The notes under the pieces: model-generated | The model's database searches: none | What the model was told of the DNA's origin: nothing | Seen by the model: only the letters and a program-made list of their open reading frames with translations | Made by a program: the position numbers and the translations under genes | Source of the DNA: Gammaproteobacteria bacterium | Lineage (GTDB): Bacteria > Pseudomonadota > Gammaproteobacteria > Steroidobacterales > Steroidobacteraceae | DNA: 64,000 bases | NCBI GenBank assembly: GCA_010027845.1 | Contig: RGUL01000004.1 | Coordinates: forward strand, 1,810 to 65,809 | Direction: 5' to 3' | Part shown: piece after piece, positions 60,510-64,000 of the stretch | Position numbering within the stretch: position 1 is the stretch's first letter | Layout of the letters: each line of letters begins with the position of its first letter

Positions 60510-61367
60510 ATGATTCTTCTGACAGGTATCACCGGCAATATCGGCAGCGCCACGGCGCGTGCACTGCTCGACAAGGGCGTCAAATTCCGCGCACTGGTTC
60601 GCAACCTCGAGAAAGCTGCGCCGTGGGGTGAGAAAGGCATCGAACTCGTGCAAGGCGATTTGGACGACGCGGCTTCGTTGCAACGCGCCCTCGCCGGCGT
60701 CGATCGCGCCCTGCTGGTGATGCCGAACGGCGAGTTCCAAGAGCGCGCCGAACTCGCGTTCACCAAAGCCGCGCAGGCCGCACGCCTCGGTTGGCTCATC
60801 AAACTCTCCTCGCCCGAAGCCGTTCGTGGGACGACGAGCCCCATCCCGCTCGCGCACATCGCCGCCGAGGACGCCATCATGGCGTCGGGCTTGAAGTGGA
60901 CCTTCGTGCGACCGAGTTTCTACATGCAAAATTTTCGCGGCTCAGTCAAAACCGCGCAGACGACCGGTAAGTTGTCGATGCCCATGGGTAACGGCACGAT
61001 CGCCGTGACCGATAACAACGACGCCGGCCTGTTCATCGCGAAAATTTTGACCGACGCCGACAGCACGCCGCACTACGGCCAGTGCTACGACATCACCGGA
61101 CCCGACCCGGTGATGAGCTTTCACGACGTCGCGCGCGCGATCGGCGAAACGATCGGCAAGCCGGTGGTCTACGACGACTGCGACCCGAAAGCGTTTCAAG
61201 AGGCGATCCGCCCGTTCCATCGCAATCAATGGCACTCTGACGCCGTCGCGCGTTTGTTCGCCGAAATCGCGAACGGCAGAACTCCCGGGCACAAGACCGA
61301 CACCTTTCAAAAAATCATGGGTCGCCCGGGCCGCTCGCTGCGCGAATATCTCGCAACCTTGGTTTGA
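60510..61367 (+). CDS. NmrA-family NAD(P)-binding protein
   Basis: Start moved to ATG 60510 (MILLTGITGNIGSATARALLDKG). Confidence 0.75.
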   Translation: MILLTGITGNIGSATARALLDKGVKFRALVRNLEKAAPWGEKGIELVQGDLDDAASLQRALAGVDRALLVMPNGEFQERAELAFTKAAQAARLGWLIKLSSPEAVRGTTSPIPLAHIAAEDAIMASGLKWTFVRPSFYMQNFRGSVKTAQTTGKLSMPMGNGTIAVTDNNDAGLFIAKILTDADSTPHYGQCYDITGPDPVMSFHDVARAIGETIGKPVVYDDCDPKAFQEAIRPFHRNQWHSDAVARLFAEIANGRTPGHKTDTFQKIMGRPGRSLREYLATLV

Positions 61368-61933
61368 TCGGCGAACGGGACTTGCGACGACGCACTTACA
61401 AAATCGAACCGGCGACGCCCGACGCGATCGCACCGTTCGGTGCGCTGATCGGGCCACGCGCCGCGATCAAGCCGTCGGGTGTCGGCTATTACGCGGGTGC
61501 GGTTTCGACCGGTCGCCAAGTCGATTTTCAGGCGGACGGCGCGATGGAAGTTTCGCTCGCCACGTTGAAGCGCCGGCCGCTAGAAGTGCACTACATGGAG
61601 CGGCACTTCCAACACACCCAAACCTTCATCCCACTCGGCAACAAACCATTTTTGGCGATCCTAGCCCCGCCGGGGTCTGCCGACTTACCCGACTTCGATG
61701 CCGTCAAGGCTTTTCGTTTCGAGGGCGATACGGGTTTGTGTATCCACCGAGGCACGTGGCACGAATTTCCCTTCGCCGTCGAAGACGACACCCACATCGT
61801 CGTGATGTTGTCGTCACAAACGAGCCGTGATCTGCAAAATCGAGCACCGAACGGCATCGAGGCCTTCGGCCCCGATCTCGACAAAAAAGACATCGTGCTG
61901 CGTGAAGGGTTGTGTCTCGTGCTCGAAGAGTGA
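61364..61933 (+). CDS. Ureidoglycolate lyase/hydrolase-fold protein
   Basis: IAPFGALIG, MERHFQHTQTFIPL and GTWHEFPF blocks. TTG start overlaps the upstream stop. Confidence 0.55.
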   Translation: MIGERDLRRRTYKIEPATPDAIAPFGALIGPRAAIKPSGVGYYAGAVSTGRQVDFQADGAMEVSLATLKRRPLEVHYMERHFQHTQTFIPLGNKPFLAILAPPGSADLPDFDAVKAFRFEGDTGLCIHRGTWHEFPFAVEDDTHIVVMLSSQTSRDLQNRAPNGIEAFGPDLDKKDIVLREGLCLVLEE

Positions 61934-61956
61934 GTGCGCGCTAGGAGTTTTGAATA

Positions 61957-62568
61957 ATGTCTAAAGTGATCGTGTTCGGCGCCACATCGGGGGTCGCCAC
62001 CGGGTTGATTCGTGAACTGACCAAGCGCGGCATTACGAGCGTGCCGGTGTCGCGCTCGGGCTCGGGCGGCGCGCAGCGGATCGATGCGCTGGATGCGGCC
62101 GCGGTCGAGACGTTCTTCAACACACATCGCGACGCGACGGCGCTCGTGAGTCTGATCGGCGGCAAGCCGTTCCAAAAAGAAAAACTCACCCCGCCCGACC
62201 TAGTCGGCAATCGTCACCTGATCGAAGCTTGCGAACGACACGGAATCCGGCGCTTCGTGCTGGTGAGCACCATCGGTGCAGGTGACAGTCGCACGGCGGC
62301 GCCGTGGCTCGCCCGCCTTGTGCTCGGCAAGTTCATGGCGCTCAAAACCGAAGCGGAAGCACTGCTGCGCGAGTCGACACTCGAGTGGACGATCGTGCGC
62401 CCGGGTCATCTCAAAAACGGCGCAGCGACCGGTAACGGTATGCTGCTCGAGGATTCAACCGTGTCTGGCGCGATCGCCCGTGAAGACGTCGGCGCCTTGG
62501 TCGCGGACGTACTGAGTCGTCCAGAGACGATCGGCAAAATCTACGCCTGTATCGAACCGCGTAAGTAA
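61957..62568 (+). CDS. NAD(P)H-binding atypical SDR
   Basis: KVIVFGATSGVATGLIREL Rossmann motif, about 200 aa. Confidence 0.7.
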   Translation: MSKVIVFGATSGVATGLIRELTKRGITSVPVSRSGSGGAQRIDALDAAAVETFFNTHRDATALVSLIGGKPFQKEKLTPPDLVGNRHLIEACERHGIRRFVLVSTIGAGDSRTAAPWLARLVLGKFMALKTEAEALLRESTLEWTIVRPGHLKNGAATGNGMLLEDSTVSGAIAREDVGALVADVLSRPETIGKIYACIEPRK

Positions 62569-63395
62569 GGACGCATCAACTCCGACGACACGCGCCAAAG
62601 CTCGTCAGCCAAACGCTCATCGCGCACCTGCGGCGGCGGTTCTTTTTCAGTTGATTGCTCGAAATATTTGCCGGAGACGCTCGCGAGCTCGGGCGACGTT
62701 GCGACGTAGATCTGCGTCTGTGCAGCCTCCTCCGCCGACTTCAAAAGTTTTTTCTTGAAGGGCGCCAACAGCGCCCGCTGCCACCACGGAAAATGACGCC
62801 ACAGCGCCGTGTCCGACGGGCCCGGATTCACAGAATTCGACGTCGCCTGCGTTCCGGCGAACTCGCGCGCAAGTCGCAGCGAGAACAAAGCATTAGCGAG
62901 CTTCGACTGACCGTAAGCGCGATTCGGCGTAAAGCCTCGTGCACCAGCCAGATTGTCGAACTCAATTCCGGCAGGGGGCGCCCATTTGTAGGCGGAACTC
63001 GCCACCATCACGACGCGCCCCTGCGGCGCCGCGAGTACGTTCGGGCGCAAACGATCGACCAATAAAAAGTGCGCGAGGTGATTCACCGCGAAGTGTTGTT
63101 CGATGCCATTCACGACGCGCCGCTTGCCTTGCACCATGATGCCCGCGTTGCACATCAACACGTCCAGCGCGGGCGCGAGCGCGTTGACCCGCTCGGCGCA
63201 GGCGATGATCGATGCCGGCGATTCGAGTTCCAGTTCGAGCGGCGTGCAGTTCGAACCTACGTTCGCGCACGCTTGTTCGGCCGTCGCCAGCGAACGACCG
63301 GTGAGCAAAACCGCGTAGCCTAGACTCGCGAGTGCGCGGGCCGATTCGAGACCGAGTCCGGACGTGCCGCCGGTGATCAACGCCGTTTTAATCAT
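62541..63395 (-). CDS. Classical SDR oxidoreductase
   Basis: ITGGTSGLGLE (TGxxxGxG), NAG, YGQSKLAN (YxxxK). Confidence 0.85.
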   Translation of the reverse strand: MIKTALITGGTSGLGLESARALASLGYAVLLTGRSLATAEQACANVGSNCTPLELELESPASIIACAERVNALAPALDVLMCNAGIMVQGKRRVVNGIEQHFAVNHLAHFLLVDRLRPNVLAAPQGRVVMVASSAYKWAPPAGIEFDNLAGARGFTPNRAYGQSKLANALFSLRLAREFAGTQATSNSVNPGPSDTALWRHFPWWQRALLAPFKKKLLKSAEEAAQTQIYVATSPELASVSGKYFEQSTEKEPPPQVRDERLADELWRVSSELMRPYLRGSIQA

Positions 63396-63412
63396 AGGCC
63401 CCTCCGTAGGTC

Positions 63413-63454
63413 ACCAAAGAAAAGGGGCGCTCCGACTCGTCGTCGAAGCGCCCC
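63413..63454 (-). terminator. Rho-independent terminator after the partial TonB receptor gene
   Basis: Minus strand reads GGGGCGCT-N15-AGCGCCCC followed by TTTTCTTTGG. Confidence 0.65.
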
Positions 63455-63488
63455 GATTTTCAAGCTTCGTCGAAGTCGACGAATTCGA

Positions 63489-64000
63489 TCAGAACTTATA
63501 ACGCGCAGTCAAACCGAACGAGCGACGGTCACCCATCAGCGAGTTCGGGATGAAGTCCGGCAGGCCACTGGTCTGCACGGGCGTCGCGTTGGAGTTCGGC
63601 TGCGTGATGCCGGTGGCGACGTAGACCTTGTCGGTGAGGTTCTTCACCCACAATTCGACGTCGAGCTTGTTGCCCTGCGAGAAACCGACTCGCGCGTTGG
63701 CGAGCGAGTAACCGTCGTACCACTCTAGCGAGAGCGAGCGCGGGAACTGCTTGGACTGGTTACGGCCATCGAGACGCGCGAACCAGGTCCAATCACCCGT
63801 CAAACGATCTTCGTACTGCACGTACGCGTTCAACGTCTGCTTGGACGCACGCGTGAGCTGGTTGCCCGCGACGTTGGTCGAGCAGATCGGCGGCACGCCG
63901 CAGTAACGCGTGTTGCTGAGGTCGATCGCGCCGTTCCCGTACTTCGGATCGGTGAACGCCAGGCCCAAGCCCGCGGTCCACTGCTCGCTCAAGCGACCAT
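63489..64000 (-). CDS. TonB-dependent receptor, C-terminal part (5' end outside the window)
   Basis: The frame is open to the window edge. Beta-barrel pattern ending in the terminal SFGLTARYKF. Confidence 0.8.
   Translation of the reverse strand, partial: GRLSEQWTAGLGLAFTDPKYGNGAIDLSNTRYCGVPPICSTNVAGNQLTRASKQTLNAYVQYEDRLTGDWTWFARLDGRNQSKQFPRSLSLEWYDGYSLANARVGFSQGNKLDVELWVKNLTDKVYVATGITQPNSNATPVQTSGLPDFIPNSLMGDRRSFGLTARYKF

Noticed and set aside
62541-62568. Small convergent 3' overlaps at 62541-62568, 42813-42822, 16450-16461 and 9453-9456.
   Set aside because: Short convergent overlaps are common in compact high-GC genomes. Only the 94-nt case at 51156-51249 seemed worth flagging.
1-64000. 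A search by eye for tRNA, rRNA, CRISPR repeats, riboswitch-length leaders, toxin-antitoxin pairs and defence-system hallmarks.
   Set aside because: Non-coding gaps are all about 150 nt or shorter. No spaced repeat arrays or cloverleaf-like segments were seen, and no nuclease, ATPase or methylase combinations typical of defence systems are present.

Overview
This is a densely coded, high-GC bacterial chromosome segment. Gene content (LptG-like permease, five TonB-dependent receptors, Tat and lipoprotein leaders) suggests a Gram-negative, probably gammaproteobacterial, organism. I call 57 protein-coding genes. I see no rRNA, tRNA, CRISPR array, transposase or integrase. Left third (1-21.5 kb): a monooxygenase/hydrolase/acyl-CoA ligase operon, a PhyH/DUF1838/esterase cluster, a lone LptG-like permease, a DUF4382 lipoprotein followed by an HTTM(SdpB)-like membrane pair, and a complete Anbu operon (circularly permuted ATP-grasp, alpha-E, transglutaminase, proteasome-like peptidase). 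From about 22.7 to 60.4 kb almost every gene fits phosphorus scavenging or phospholipid sparing. These include purple-acid-phosphatase-like lipoproteins, PhoD, a phytase-like esterase, a secreted Tyr-phosphatase-fold protein, phnCDE-FAD oxidase-phnX, a PhnZ-like HD oxygenase, four complete TonB receptors, a PlcP-like phosphoesterase, two GT4 glycosyltransferases, an OlsF-like bifunctional acyltransferase and a PAP2 phosphatase. Several promoters carry 11-bp-phased TGTCA-type (Pho-box-like) repeats. The most unusual element is a four-gene minus-strand operon (29871->22732). It encodes two PAP-like lipoproteins, an aquaporin fused to a cyclic-nucleotide-binding domain, and a single exported polypeptide that fuses a formylglycine-generating enzyme (both catalytic Cys present) to its own sulfatase substrate (CSPTR motif). 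This operon lies convergent to PCuAC/Sco copper chaperones and divergent from an Fn3-PEBP-YHYH lipoprotein. All family assignments come from motif recognition by eye, not from searches.
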